Of a DNA stretch of 64,000 bases, positions 36,501 through 48,222 are shown piece after piece. The notes beneath the pieces are model-generated. The model had not been told where the DNA came from, searched no databases, and was given only the letters and a program-made list of their open reading frames with translations. Location: positions 24,290,225-24,354,224 of the forward strand of contig CM120640.1 in the NCBI GenBank assembly GCA_051362555.1, in the 5' to 3' direction. A program made the translations under genes and the position numbers. Positions within the stretch are counted from its first letter, which is position 1, and the number at the start of each line of letters is the position of its first letter. The DNA is from Lingula anatina. Its lineage: Eukaryota; Animalia; Brachiopoda.

Positions 36501-38582
36501 GTCTGGTCTGGGACCTGTGTTAATTTAGAAAAACTTTCAAATAAGTCAAATGCTTATTGTTTAATTTTTCCCAATCCAAAACTGATCATCTGCAGCTCTA
36601 TCTTATTTCAAGGAAAGGGCTCCCCCCCCCCCCCCCCCAACTTTGGTCTCACTTCTGTACTTTGAAGAGTGTATAAAAATTATAGGTGGATAAATCACAT
36701 TTGCAATTGTTTCAAAAGACCAATGGAGATATTCATGTAAAGCAAACCAACTGGTTATTTCATACCTATCACAGTTTCAGCTTTATTCAACATTCCAGTA
36801 TCAGTTTCAACTTCAGAAGCAAACACAGATGAAGGAAGCTGGATTTTAACCTGTAAATGAAGTCAAGTTAAAGCAATAATAACTCTTCGTTTCGGCCAAA
36901 AAATGAATTTTCCTGGAGTAAACAACAATTTTCCCATACTTACCAATGGTTAATGAATCCATTTTTACATTCAAAGTCAGTCCCTGGTTTTTTTCTAAAA
37001 AGTTTGGTTTTTTGTTAAAATCTCTTAAGAGATTTTAACAGAGTATAGACATCAATGGAGGTCACGTGGTCTAAAGACAAGTTCAAATATCAGAATAAAA
37101 GCTATAACTGCTGTTTTCTTGGTAAAACAGAATATATTATATTTCTATGAGTTATTCACAAGGTTTTTATTGTGAAATAAAGGTCTCATACGAAGAGTTA
37201 TTATCCCTTTAAGTAGCACAATCAACATTTTATCACATAACCGCCATGATTGTATAAAAGAAGGGTCAAAGCCATGAAAATATTATTCAAGTATTAGTCA
37301 ATAATTTTTAGTGACTCTGACGTCATATCTTGAACTCAATTGTATTTTACAATATACCTTTCTGTCATTTTCTTCGCCCTCATTAGCTTCTGTGCCATGG
37401 TAGTTTTGTTCAAAATCATCATCCATGCTGAGGTAAGGATTATATGGGCCCACAGCCTCCAATTCATATGCTTCATTTGCTTCCTTGAGATGTTGCATGT
37501 AATCATACCCATCATCAAAGAAAATTCCATATTTTTGTTGTTCCTCTTGTTTGTGCTGTGGAATAATATAAAAAAATTGGAAGTCTTTAATAACTCAAAA
37601 TTCTCATATAGCTCAATATCTAAGATTATTAAAATTAAATGCTGATATCTTCATTATCATTGAGAAAACTTAAAAAAAAACTTCAACAAAGAATGAAAAT
37701 TGATATACAGTAGATGTCACAACATCAACATAACAATGTTTGGATAGAATCAAAACAAATCACATCAAGTCACGTTGCTACTTAAACTATTGATCTTTAC
37801 ATCAACTATCAATATTTATCATAATTTATCTACCTTTTCATTAGCAGGCATCAACACCCTTTCTGGAGCATCTTCATCAGCTTGTAGGGGATCTTTTTGA
37901 CTTCTGTGAACCAGATGAAAGGTCACAGCATTCTTCTTATCAATAAAAGGCTTTTTCTTCTTACCAGGCTAAAAAACAAGTAGAAGGTTTGATTCTACTT
38001 ACGTAGTATTTGTGTGATAATTTGTTTACACTGTGTAAATAAATCAAGCCAAAACCCCTTTCTTCTATCTAAAATTCTGCATAAAATAACTTCAGTGAGA
38101 CCAAAGAAATGACAAAACACATGTTTTCTTCAGATTGAATGTTCCCTGTGTTCACATGTGTCCAGTGTTGTTTTCTATAATGTATTTCACTGTGTTGAGC
38201 TGTATTGCACATTTTACTTTTTAGAATTTAGGTATCCAAAAAGCCATTATAGATTAATTGGAAAAATGTATAATTTCCTTTTTTTGTATGGCAGCAGGAA
38301 ACCTGTATAATTTAGAGATGACAGAAATGGCCATTTACAATCTTGTTACCATGCATGTCCAAGTGTCACTCAACTATTGCTACTATACAAGTACTGGTAC
38401 AAATGTACCCAGTACTGTACTACTACGTAGTACTAGTACACGACTCACGAGTAGTAATTTGATGAAGACTTTGAGATGTAGTGAAAATCTGATCTCAGAT
38501 GTATCGTACTTTTAACATGAAGTCGTTGTCTGAAAAACAGTGGGATATCAGTAATAAAAAAATGAAACAAACAACTTACCAT
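33542..38582 (-). CDS. LTV1: LTV1 ribosome (40S) biogenesis factor
   Basis: Exons 38582-38580 (ATG only), 37968-37834, 37555-37358, 36850-36766, 36514-36385, 36070-35881, 35250-35123, 34944-34805, 34474-34419, 34274-34080, 33655-33542. Peptides MPGKKKKPFIDKKNAVTFHLVHRSQKDP, YGIFFDDGYDYMQHL, ETKSHFTNYSMTSSVIRRNEGLTLLDDRFE, WDCETILSTYSTLYNHP, ERRAEKKANKVAFK. Confidence 0.95.
36872..37208 (-). mobile_element. Kolobok/T2-type MITE, copy 1 (LTV1 intron 3)
   Basis: TTAA on both sides; termini ag(ca)ataataactcttcgt ... acgaagagttattatccct. It aligns in reverse orientation with the copies at 39459 and 42493. Confidence 0.8.
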
Positions 38583-39003
38583 TATGTTCTCACTTTACAC
38601 GTGCTAAATTTCTTTGGAACAGCAACAATCCTAACTTTGACCTTCACCTTCTAATAAACTCGTCATTTATTTACCGTTTACGTTAAGCAATTAACTTAGT
38701 GCATGCATTGTTTATATTGTTAATTATTTCATATTAAAAACAGCACAGTTTAGTTTAAATCTAAATAGTCGCATAACTTGATACAGAATAAAAAGCATTT
38801 TAAAATTGGTGTATCTATATATACGCAACTAAACTCACATAAGCTATAACTTAACTCTGTAGGATCTTTGCCACGGTTTGTCTGTCCCTAAGTGGTAAGC
38901 CAATGAGTTGAATTAACACTATGGACGGGGACCCTAACAGTCCTTTGATAACTCCAAAAGTTCAAATAACAAGAGACGACGGGAAGAACGTAAACAACAC
39001 ATT
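38583..39003. promoter_or_regulatory. Probable bidirectional promoter between LTV1 and SLC17A9
   Basis: About 420 bp, CpG-enriched, between the LTV1 ATG and a candidate SLC17A9 first exon ending ATGGAACAG|GTAAAA at 39012. Confidence 0.5.
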
Positions 39004-39458
39004 ATGGAACAGGTAAAAATTGGTTTTTATAACAATATTCTTTACCTAGAAATGGGTTAAGTAATCGTTTGACAATGTTAGTGATGTTACAGAAAGTTAC
39101 TGTAATATACAAATTACATACAAAATTACAAGCATTTACTGGTATGCTAGCTGTTACTTGTTAGTATAAAACTGATGACATCTCACAAGTCAACTTATGA
39201 CTCACGACATCTCGCCCAAGAAACTCGTTGAACCAGGCCACCATATTTTTTCTATTCAAACTATAAACTTTTTTTTACTACTTTACACAATACACTTATG
39301 TACTATAAATCAAAACAGATGAATGCACAGTAGCCAAGGGAAGAAAGGTAAGTTGGAATCAATTAAGAAGGGATAAAATGCACATAAAGTGGTAAATTCT
39401 TTGGGCAAGGACATTTACTTTAAAAAAAGGGGTTGATGATTAGAAAAAAATGAATTAA

Positions 39459-39817
39459 AGGGATAATAACTCTTCATATGAGATCTACCAGTATATTTCA
39501 CAATAAAAACATTGTAAACAACTCTTAGAATGATAGATACATAATATATTCTGTTTTACCACAAAAATGGCAGTTATAACTATTATTCTGATATCTGAGC
39601 TTGTCATTGGACCACATGACCTCTATAGATGGCTATACTCTGTAGTAACCTCTTAAGAGATTATTACAAAAAAAGCAAACTTTTTAGAAAAAAAAAAAAA
39701 ACAGGGACCAACTTTGAATATAGAAATGGATTCATTAACCATTGGTAAGTATGGGAAAATTGTTGTTTACTTCAGGAAAATTCATTTGCTGGCCAAAAAC
39801 GAACAGTTATTATCCCT
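39459..39817 (+). mobile_element. Kolobok/T2-type MITE, copy 2
   Basis: TTAA|agggataataactcttc ... gaacagttattatccct|TTAA, 359 bp, non-coding. A TTAA target with AGGRR termini is characteristic of T2/Kolobok elements. Confidence 0.85.
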
Positions 39818-41032
39818 TTAAGGGGCACAAAGTCCTCCTAAACAAAGAGCATACACTGTATGTCGTGAAGTCTCTCAGAGCATCATCCTTCTCAGATTGT
39901 CTTAAATATAAATTCTAGTTTGAAGTTATCATAATGGACCATATCAATTTTTTACCTTGACTGTAATGTGTGGTAATAATCAGCCCATTCATCAATATTA
40001 GTAAAATTGGAAAAAATTGGCTTGCACAGGCATAATTGTTTGTGACATATGGGTCCTGTATAGTAATGCAAAATTATAGTTAATGGATTTAGTGCAAATT
40101 ATAATAATGCATTGCCATTTAATGACAGGGCATGCTAAACACCAGTGATATCAATATTTGGTTGATAACCCCTGCTTCTCTGGTTATCTCCTGAAATTAT
40201 AAAAACACACAAAAAATGATTGCAAATATTGCAAATGACTATTATCATTTTAATCACTTTAGGTTGCAAAAACAGATGTTCCCTTTTGAGTTAATTTTTT
40301 TTGTATGTCTGTGTGGTGTGTGTGTGTGTGTCAAAAGGGGCTTCCTTTTTTATGAGAATATTTTAAGCTAAATATCAAATGTATTATCGAGAGAAGAACA
40401 TACACTTTCTGTTAAGATTCCTACTGCCTGTGAATGAAATATTAATGCGTTTTATACCATAATGAAAAAATAATTAAGCTGAGATATGTTTGGTGGCATA
40501 AGGGTATATCACTATCAAATCAACATGGCATGATATATAGAAATGCTGGATTCATTTTATTTTTAAATAGATTGACAGGTGTATTGAGCTTGTTAAAGGA
40601 TACCTTTCCCTGAAAAAGAAAGATTCAAAATAATTAGTTCTTTATCAAATTGTACTTATTTTCTTTTGGAGTTATGCAATAAATAAAGATTCAGAATATA
40701 TGTAGTAGTTTGTGTTATATCCATCTTTCTTTCTTTTATGTTACAAATGATAATATTTAATGACCCTGGCTCTTGGCGAACTCATATTGATAACAGTATG
40801 AATTTTGCCTAAGGTAAGATCACGCAGTTTATGACAGAGAGAGATTTATTTGGATTTTCACAACCAAATATCTCTTTTCATTCCTGGTTAGTTTGCTGTA
40901 AAGTGTGAGAAATTTCATAATGACTCACTCTTTGTTGATTTCCAGGTATGCCATTTTAATAGTAAGAGAACTGCATTTCATCAAACTCATCGTTGTAGTC
41001 AAAAATATGATTATTCTTTGTTACTTTTTCAG

Positions 41033-44000
41033 ACGGGAGAAGTACATATGGGTTTTAACCTTGTTCACAGGCTGTTCCGTGTTGTATACTGCCAGGACTG
41101 TGATGCCCCTATGTGTGGTTGCTATTTCAAAAGAACTCAAATGGGACAAAACACAATCAGTAGGTTTTTATGTACATGATTAACTTGTCAGGCTAGCTAC
41201 ATTTATTTCGTCTAAAATCCATATGCTTTACTTATCAGGTCAGTTGGAATGAAAAAAATGAAGGGCAGCTGTATTAACATGGCTTTATCTAGTACTGAAC
41301 ATGTTGGATAACCCAATAAAGGGGGAAGATTTGTAAGTTGATCATAATTTGACTCAAAATATGGATGTTCTAGAATATTTTAGAAAAAAGTGTGGAAGTA
41401 TTGGTTGAACAACAAATCCAGTATAGCTGTTGAATCAGCTGACCATACAACCTTCATTTGAGTGAATTATCCGATTGAGGAAATTCATTAATTCATGAAG
41501 AATTATACAACCTGAAAAAGTCAGGCAAAACATCCTGTATTTTATTATTAAGGGATCTATTATGTGGTTAATGAGGAATAAACATTGCTGTGTAATGAGA
41601 GCCGATGACATTACAGCAGTAAACTGTTGTGTCGATTTCAAACAGATCTCCCTCACCTGAACAGCTATCAAGACCATTTTAAAGCCTATTTAATCACAAT
41701 AATATATTCTACAATCTGGTGTCAGGAAATTTTCTTGAAAGGATTTTCAAAATTAATTTTCCTCACACTGTATCAGACTTGTACCATGAATAGGGCAACA
41801 GGTGGGCAGTAAGGGATAGAAGGCTTTCAAATATAAAATGATTGCATGGCAGCTGTAGGATGTCTGGGCATTTTGTTTTTGTCATTCATGCTTAAAATGT
41901 TTTCTGTTTTTAAAAATTTAAAAAGAATTTAAATTGTATATGTTGTTTACGTTCATATTTGACAGCTTACAATATTGTCTCCTTCCAGGGAATGGTGCTG
42001 TCCTGTTTCTTTTGGGGTTATACAATGACACAGGTACTTGGTGGTTACCTCAGTGACAGAATAGGGGGAGATATTGTTATCTCTTTTGCTGCATGTGGCT
42101 GGTCATTTATTACATTCATCACTCCTAAGTTAGCATATCTAAGTAGTGATAAAGCCACCACAGTCAATGTGATTGTACTGTCAAGAGTACTTCTTGGAGC
42201 ATGCCAAGGTAAAGTATATTTCTTTATATTATAATTCATGATCCAGGCTCTTAAATGGCAGAAATAAAAGCAAGAGTGTAGATACAGTACCTCACTTTTG
42301 TTAAACTATCAAAAGGAAATTTACTGCTGAACAACTTCATTAATTTTTATTTATTTTTGAACATTGTAATATAGAGTTGTTATCCCTTTAACTACTTTTT
42401 AGGCCACAGGCTGTATTCGAGGTGCAGAGCTGAATACAAGCACTTTCAAGTCTGCACCTTAAATACAGTCTGTGGCCTTAAAAAGTAGTTAAAGGGATAA
42501 CAACTCTTCATATGAGATCTAAATTTCACAATAAATACATTGTAAACAACTCATAGAAATACAATATATTCTATTTTATCACAAAAGCAGCCGTTATAGC
42601 AATTAATAAAAAAGCTGTGCTTGTTATCGGACCACATGACCTCCATAGATAGCTATACTCTGTAATAATCTCTTAAGAAATTATAATACAAAAAAAAAAA
42701 AAAAACTTCGGAAAAAAAAAACAGGAACTAACTTTGAATATAGAAATGGATTCATTAACCATTGATAGTTATGGGAAAATTGCCATTAACCTCAGGATAA
42801 TTCATTTTGTGGCCAAAATGAACAGTTGTTATCTTTTTAATATTGCCATTAGCCTTGGAAAGGATTTGAATTCCATCATTTTTATCTTTGAAAAGTACCT
42901 GAATTCGATCACTTGTCAATTTGTCAAAAAATACTTCATAATTTAGTGTTTTTACTAGAATAAGGAATATTCACAGAAGGGGACATAATTTGATTCATAT
43001 TTGGTTGTTTTCCATAATTTGTGTTTTATCATAAATTTGAAAAAATATGTTTATAATATAATAATATCCTTTTTGTATATACAATTTAAAATGACAGTAA
43101 ATTGCCCTCATTTGTGTTAAAAAGGTCCTTGACAAGTATTTGAGTACAGCTGAAAAAAAAACTTGAATTTGTGCTTGAATTTGTACGTATGTTGCTGTAC
43201 GAACCTTGCAATAGTTTTTATCAGCAATAATCATACAAGAAAATACCAGTATGACATTTTGTCTTCTGCTTGCTTAGACTTTTTCATGGAAGTACATAAG
43301 ACTTTGAAAACTATTCAGGTTGCTTTCCACAGATATCATGTTTGGTTGCATGATTGCTTTGTAAGATAAGTAAATGGAGGCTCAGCTGTGTTGCCATTGG
43401 TAACTTTGCAGTAAATGATGTAAAGGAAATTGAAAATAACTATCTCAGTTACATAATGTATATAGATTAGAAATATAATTGCTTTCTTGTCTTTTTCATT
43501 CATTTTATTTTGTTATTTTCAGAAGGTAGTATCAGAGAATATTTTGCATTTTTTTTCTACAGGCATTCTTATTATATTTGAGTTAATTATTAGATTCATG
43601 ACACAAAAATTTCAGGTTTCCACATGCCAAGTGTAACCAGCCTTTCAGCAGCACGGATTCCTGCTGAGGAAAGAAGTTTTCAGTATAGTTTCATTATAGC
43701 AGGGAAACATTTTGGGTGAGCAAGTGGGCCATATTAGCTCCCAGGAGGGTGGATGGGACCTTTTGCTGTTATTTGTTTTCCCTTTGTTTTTCATTTGATA
43801 AATGTAAACCTACAGCACTTGACATCCAACTGAGTGGAGGGTACTAGTAAGTGAAGTTGTGTCTGGTAGTTTGACTGTGTATAGAGTTAACCTGGACATG
43901 GTGATGAAGTGATGGCTCACACAATTCTTAAAATAACATTTACCGGTAGTTTAATTCTGCTGACAGTTCCCTTGTTCCCAGTTGGCCAACAAACTACTTG

Positions 44001-46729
44001 GATAATATTTTACCTTGTTCTAAAATGTGACTTCTGTTAACAAACGGCATACATGTACATATCTAGGCTACTTCTTCAAATAAATATATAATGATAGGTG
44101 CTGTTGAAACTTATCCGTGAAGCAGATTCTCTGACATCAACTACCATTTAGCTGAATTACTGCTTCCATTGAACTGTTTACTTTTTTTTCTTTGGACTGG
44201 TTAGCAAAAGAAAATACCAGGGTTGTTCATGCAGTATTAGATTTGACAATTGAATCAATGGATTGGACTCTGAAGATATTTTCACTTTTCTATGCAAATG
44301 AGATGAGTATTTATGGCCTCTGGAGGAGATAAGTAACCCCCGAAATGACAAGTTGTTTTTAAAAAGTCCAATCTTATAATCAAGTTGTCAGTCTGTACAA
44401 ATAAGCACCTGCATAGCTTTTGTACAATGTTTTGTATGGTGGATGATGGGGCATTGTTAAATGCTATTTAGTTGCATTTACAGTATAAGCATCTGTTGCT
44501 TTTATATAAGTTTTCCTATCTTTCTCTTTATAACTGAGCACAAATTGACCATGCTTGTGTTTTTAGGGCAAAGGTATTTTTGAGATATGATTCAATTTGG
44601 AGTGATTTGCAAAATAAAACTGAGATGCATTAGGGGCATACCAATGAATATTGATGCTTTGTTTCTTTTCTATCTGTTTCAGTGTCGTATCTCTCTTTTT
44701 ATCATATAATTCAGGTGATTCCCGTTAAAAAAATTTCACTTGAATTCAGGTGTGAAGATATATTTATTTTATGCACATTTCTGTCAATCATTTGGTTTTG
44801 GGATTATGCTTATTGTTCTTTTTTTTCTTTTTCTCTAGGGTTCCACTATCCAAGTGTAACTAGCATAGTTTCCAAAAAGATTTCTCAAAAAAATAGATCT
44901 TTAACTTACGCCTTTGTTGCTGCTGGGTCACATTGTGGGTAAGAAAAAAATTGTGTGTATTCATCATAAGTGACTTGATGTCATTTCAAACAATTTCAGG
45001 ATATGTTTTATCTTTTTTTATGGGTGTGGGGTTGTTTGGGGGGCATAACTGGAGGGAAAGATGATTGGTTGCGATGAATATCTCACATGCATCATGTCTA
45101 AGTTCTAAAATATTTAGATACTTGGATAAAAGTACCTTACAATTTGTATTGATGAGACTTAATTTCACCAGAGTGAAATCTGGTTTTAAGACTCGTGTTA
45201 ATTTTTATGAAATGCAAAAATGTTTTTAACAAAAGCTTTTTAGAAACTATAGATTTGATAATGAACATATTGGTAAAGAATTATGTGTGCTTTTTTATAA
45301 TTTAATTTCTAATATCCATCAACAACTGTTAAGTGCCCAAATTGGGCAAATGTTAATTTTTGAGACTAACAGCAACACCATATCATTAAAATATGAGAAG
45401 CAGTTATTCATAACCTTGTATGATGCAGGTGCAGAAAAAACAGTAGTTCAGTCCATGGTACTATATATTTAGTTCCATGTCTGTTTGTAAATGTATAAAT
45501 TTTCTCCCTATTTTAGCACCCTGCTATGTGGAAGTATAGGCTCATTATTATTGGAATATTATGGATGGGAGAGTACATTTTATGTGATAGGTAAGTGTTT
45601 AATTTACAAAATGATTACAGAATTCACTTGACTGATACATTTTCATGACTTGCATATATTTTTGCTATTTAAGTCAGCATCAGGTTGTAAAAAATGTTTT
45701 ACCTCATGTTGCAGTTGTTGTATAATACTTTTGTTAAGGATTCTGTAAGTGCGCAGAAATGGTTAACACAAGCTTTGTTTGCATGCATATTTTATTCTGT
45801 TCTTATTCATTTATTTATCCCTTTTCAGGAGTTGGAGGCTTCCTATGGATGCTATTTCTTCGATATTATCTTCTGGGTGGCAATAAACCCAAAAATCAAG
45901 TAGTTTCTTTAAAAAACAATATGGTACCAGATTCTTTTGTGCCTCAAAAGGAACATATACCAGTACCATGGATGTCACTGCTCTCAAGAGTTCCATTTTG
46001 GTAAGTAGTTGTCAATGTAAAATTAAATATAAATCCAGTCAAGTCCATGTGATATTCTTATGTGTAACTCTTGGTGTGCATGTGAATGTTAATATTGGTT
46101 GTGTCTTACATAAGCCTGTAAAAGACCATTTGCTTAATAATATTACTGGCAATGTTTTGAGGAATGTAGGATGGTGTGTTAATTCATCAGTATTTATTAA
46201 AAGGTTTTTGATTAAATGAATGATAACTTAATTAGGAAGGAATTTATCATTAAATCCCCTAATTAATTTCAAAACATTTAAATTTAAATACCTGAAGAAA
46301 GATTTTATTTATATGGAATTATATAAGACAGATATGTTTGTTTTTGTTTTAGGGCTTTAGTCGTTGCTCATTTTTGTGAGAACTATGCATTCTTCATTTT
46401 GTTGTCATGGCTACCGTCATATTTTCATGAAAACTTTCCCCAAGCCAAGGTATGAATTACACACATTGTTTTAATGTATGTTTATTCATTGTTTATATAT
46501 CTTATGTAATAATCATTTTAGGAGGTCATACCAGTATCTTATTCAAATATATTTTAGAACTTATTTTCCAAACTGTAAAAAAAATTATTTATGAAATAAA
46601 TAACATAAGCAGTGAAATACCAGGGGATACATATATTTATGTATGTATATAATAAAATAATGAAATAGAATTATGACTTCATACATTAGGTACTTTTTTA
46701 CCAAAAGGCTCATCAGAGGTATATCTACA

Positions 46730-46772
<43 letters not shown>

Positions 46773-48222
46773 ACCCTTCAGTTAAACAGCTTTTGGGTAA
46801 AATATACTTATTTGACTGAAAATAATTTTATAATTTTACTAAATTTCTGTTTTTATTCAAGGGCTGGGTATTCAATGTCTTGCCATGGCTGCTAACCATT
46901 TTTTCTGCTGTATCTAGTGGTTGGATAGCAGACAATCTAATTTCAAAGGGTAAGCCCATGGTGCATGGGACATTTATGTTCTAGTAATTGTTAAGGATGA
47001 ATATATTTGCATGAGCACAGCTATTGTGAGATATTTACGTCCAAACCCTGAGGGGAGCTCTTTATACTTTTAAATTGAACATTTCCAGCTTGCTTATAAC
47101 TGTGGAGCACTAATGAGGTTACAATTAAAACAAAAAATTAAACAGTTTATAGTAGACATCAAAATATTAGTAAAGATTTCAAAACATTAATTTCTTGTTT
47201 TTTTCCAGGTTACACAGTAACAGCTGTTCGCAAAGTTATGCAGAGTTTGTGTTTTCTGGGTACAGCACTTTTCCTGTTTCTTCTGTCCTTCATGCACACA
47301 TTCCACACTTCACTGTTCTGTGTGGCAGTGGGAGTCATGTGTTGTGGCTTTCATAACAGTGGTGTCCTAGTCAACGTACAGGATATAGCTCCACAATTTG
47401 CAGGATCTGTATTTGGTAAGTTGACCTTCTAGCGAGTGAAGAGTTTACTTTGTATTTTCACGTAGCAAAATTTTCAAAAATGGCTTTTATGTGAACTTCT
47501 TGAGAGACGTTAGTCATTTGCAGTCTAATTTAAACGCCTGCTCTCATGCAGTATTGGAATAAAAAAGTGGTCAGGTGCTGTTCTAGTAAATTATGTGTCT
47601 TAGATAGGTGAAGTACAACCTGAGAATACCAAAATTGGAGAAGTGACCAACTGCCAAAAATTAATTGTTCTGATTTTATGTTGATGTGATTTTTGTTCCC
47701 ATGGATCTCTTATTAATTGACACAGTGCAAAAAATTACTGCTTCTCTTTCCAGGATTAATGAATATGGCAGGTGCAATTCCAGGTAAACAGTGAAGATCA
47801 GTTTAAAAATATCTTTATTTAAAAATGATATGTGTGTGTGTGTGTATGTGTGTAGAGAGAGAGAATTTTACAAAGATAGCAGATGGTTTTCACGATAGAC
47901 AACTGCTATGATTGCATCACCCCTTATTTTTAGTTCATGCAGTAGCAGGTTTTCTTAAAACTGAGCATGTAATGAAGTGTTTTTTATCAGAGCATCTTTT
48001 TATTGTGAACAGTGACAAAATGCTGACCTGTAGAGTTGATTGCTTCATAAGTGATCATTTGTCTTTTTTCCTTCTTTTTCAGGTTTTATAGGTGTATATG
48101 TAGCTGGGCACATGTTGGAAGTGACCAAAAGTTGGACAGCAGTATTTAATCAAACTTCAATGGTATGCATATTTGGATGGGCTGTCTACGTCATCTTTGG
48201 AACAGGAAAAAAAATAATATGA
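41033..48222 (+). CDS. SLC17A9: SLC17A9 / vesicular nucleotide transporter (VNUT); N-terminal exon(s) unresolved
   Basis: Exons 41033-41159, 41989-42208, [43616-43715 or 44839-44938], 45517-45590, 45829-46000, 46353-46449, 46862-46949, 47209-47415, 47754-47783, 48083-48222. Motifs LYTARTVMPLC, GMVLSCFFWGYTMTQVLGGYLSDRIGG, LLSWLPSYFHENFPQAKGWVFNVLPW, FHNSGVLVNVQDIAPQFAGSVFGLMN. The start is either ATG 39004 via a small exon or an ATG near 40920. Confidence 0.92.
42373..42507. repeat. Inverted duplication (~60-bp arms) spanning the left end of MITE copy 3
   Basis: agagttgttatccctttaactactttttaggccacaggctgtattcgaggtgcaga pairs with tctgcaccttaaatacagtctgtggccttaaaaagtagttaaagggataacaactct. Confidence 0.85.
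42493..42836 (+). mobile_element. Kolobok/T2-type MITE, copy 3 (SLC17A9 intron)
   Basis: TTAA|agggataacaactcttcatatgagatct ... gaacagttgttatcttt|TTAA; collinear with copy 2. Confidence 0.82.
43616..43715 (+). CDS. SLC17A9 alternative exon A (100 nt)
   Basis: GFHMPSVTSLSAARIPAEERSFQYSFIIAGKHFG, bounded by TTTCAG and GTGAGC; same length and phases as exon B. Confidence 0.8.
44839..44938 (+). CDS. SLC17A9 alternative exon B (100 nt)
   Basis: GFHYPSVTSIVSKKISQKNRSLTYAFVAAGSHCG, with a strong polypyrimidine tract and a GTAAGA donor. Confidence 0.85.
46727..46770. repeat. (CA)n microsatellite
   Basis: acacacacatacacacac...; source of the spurious MCVCVCV ORF. Confidence 0.95.
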
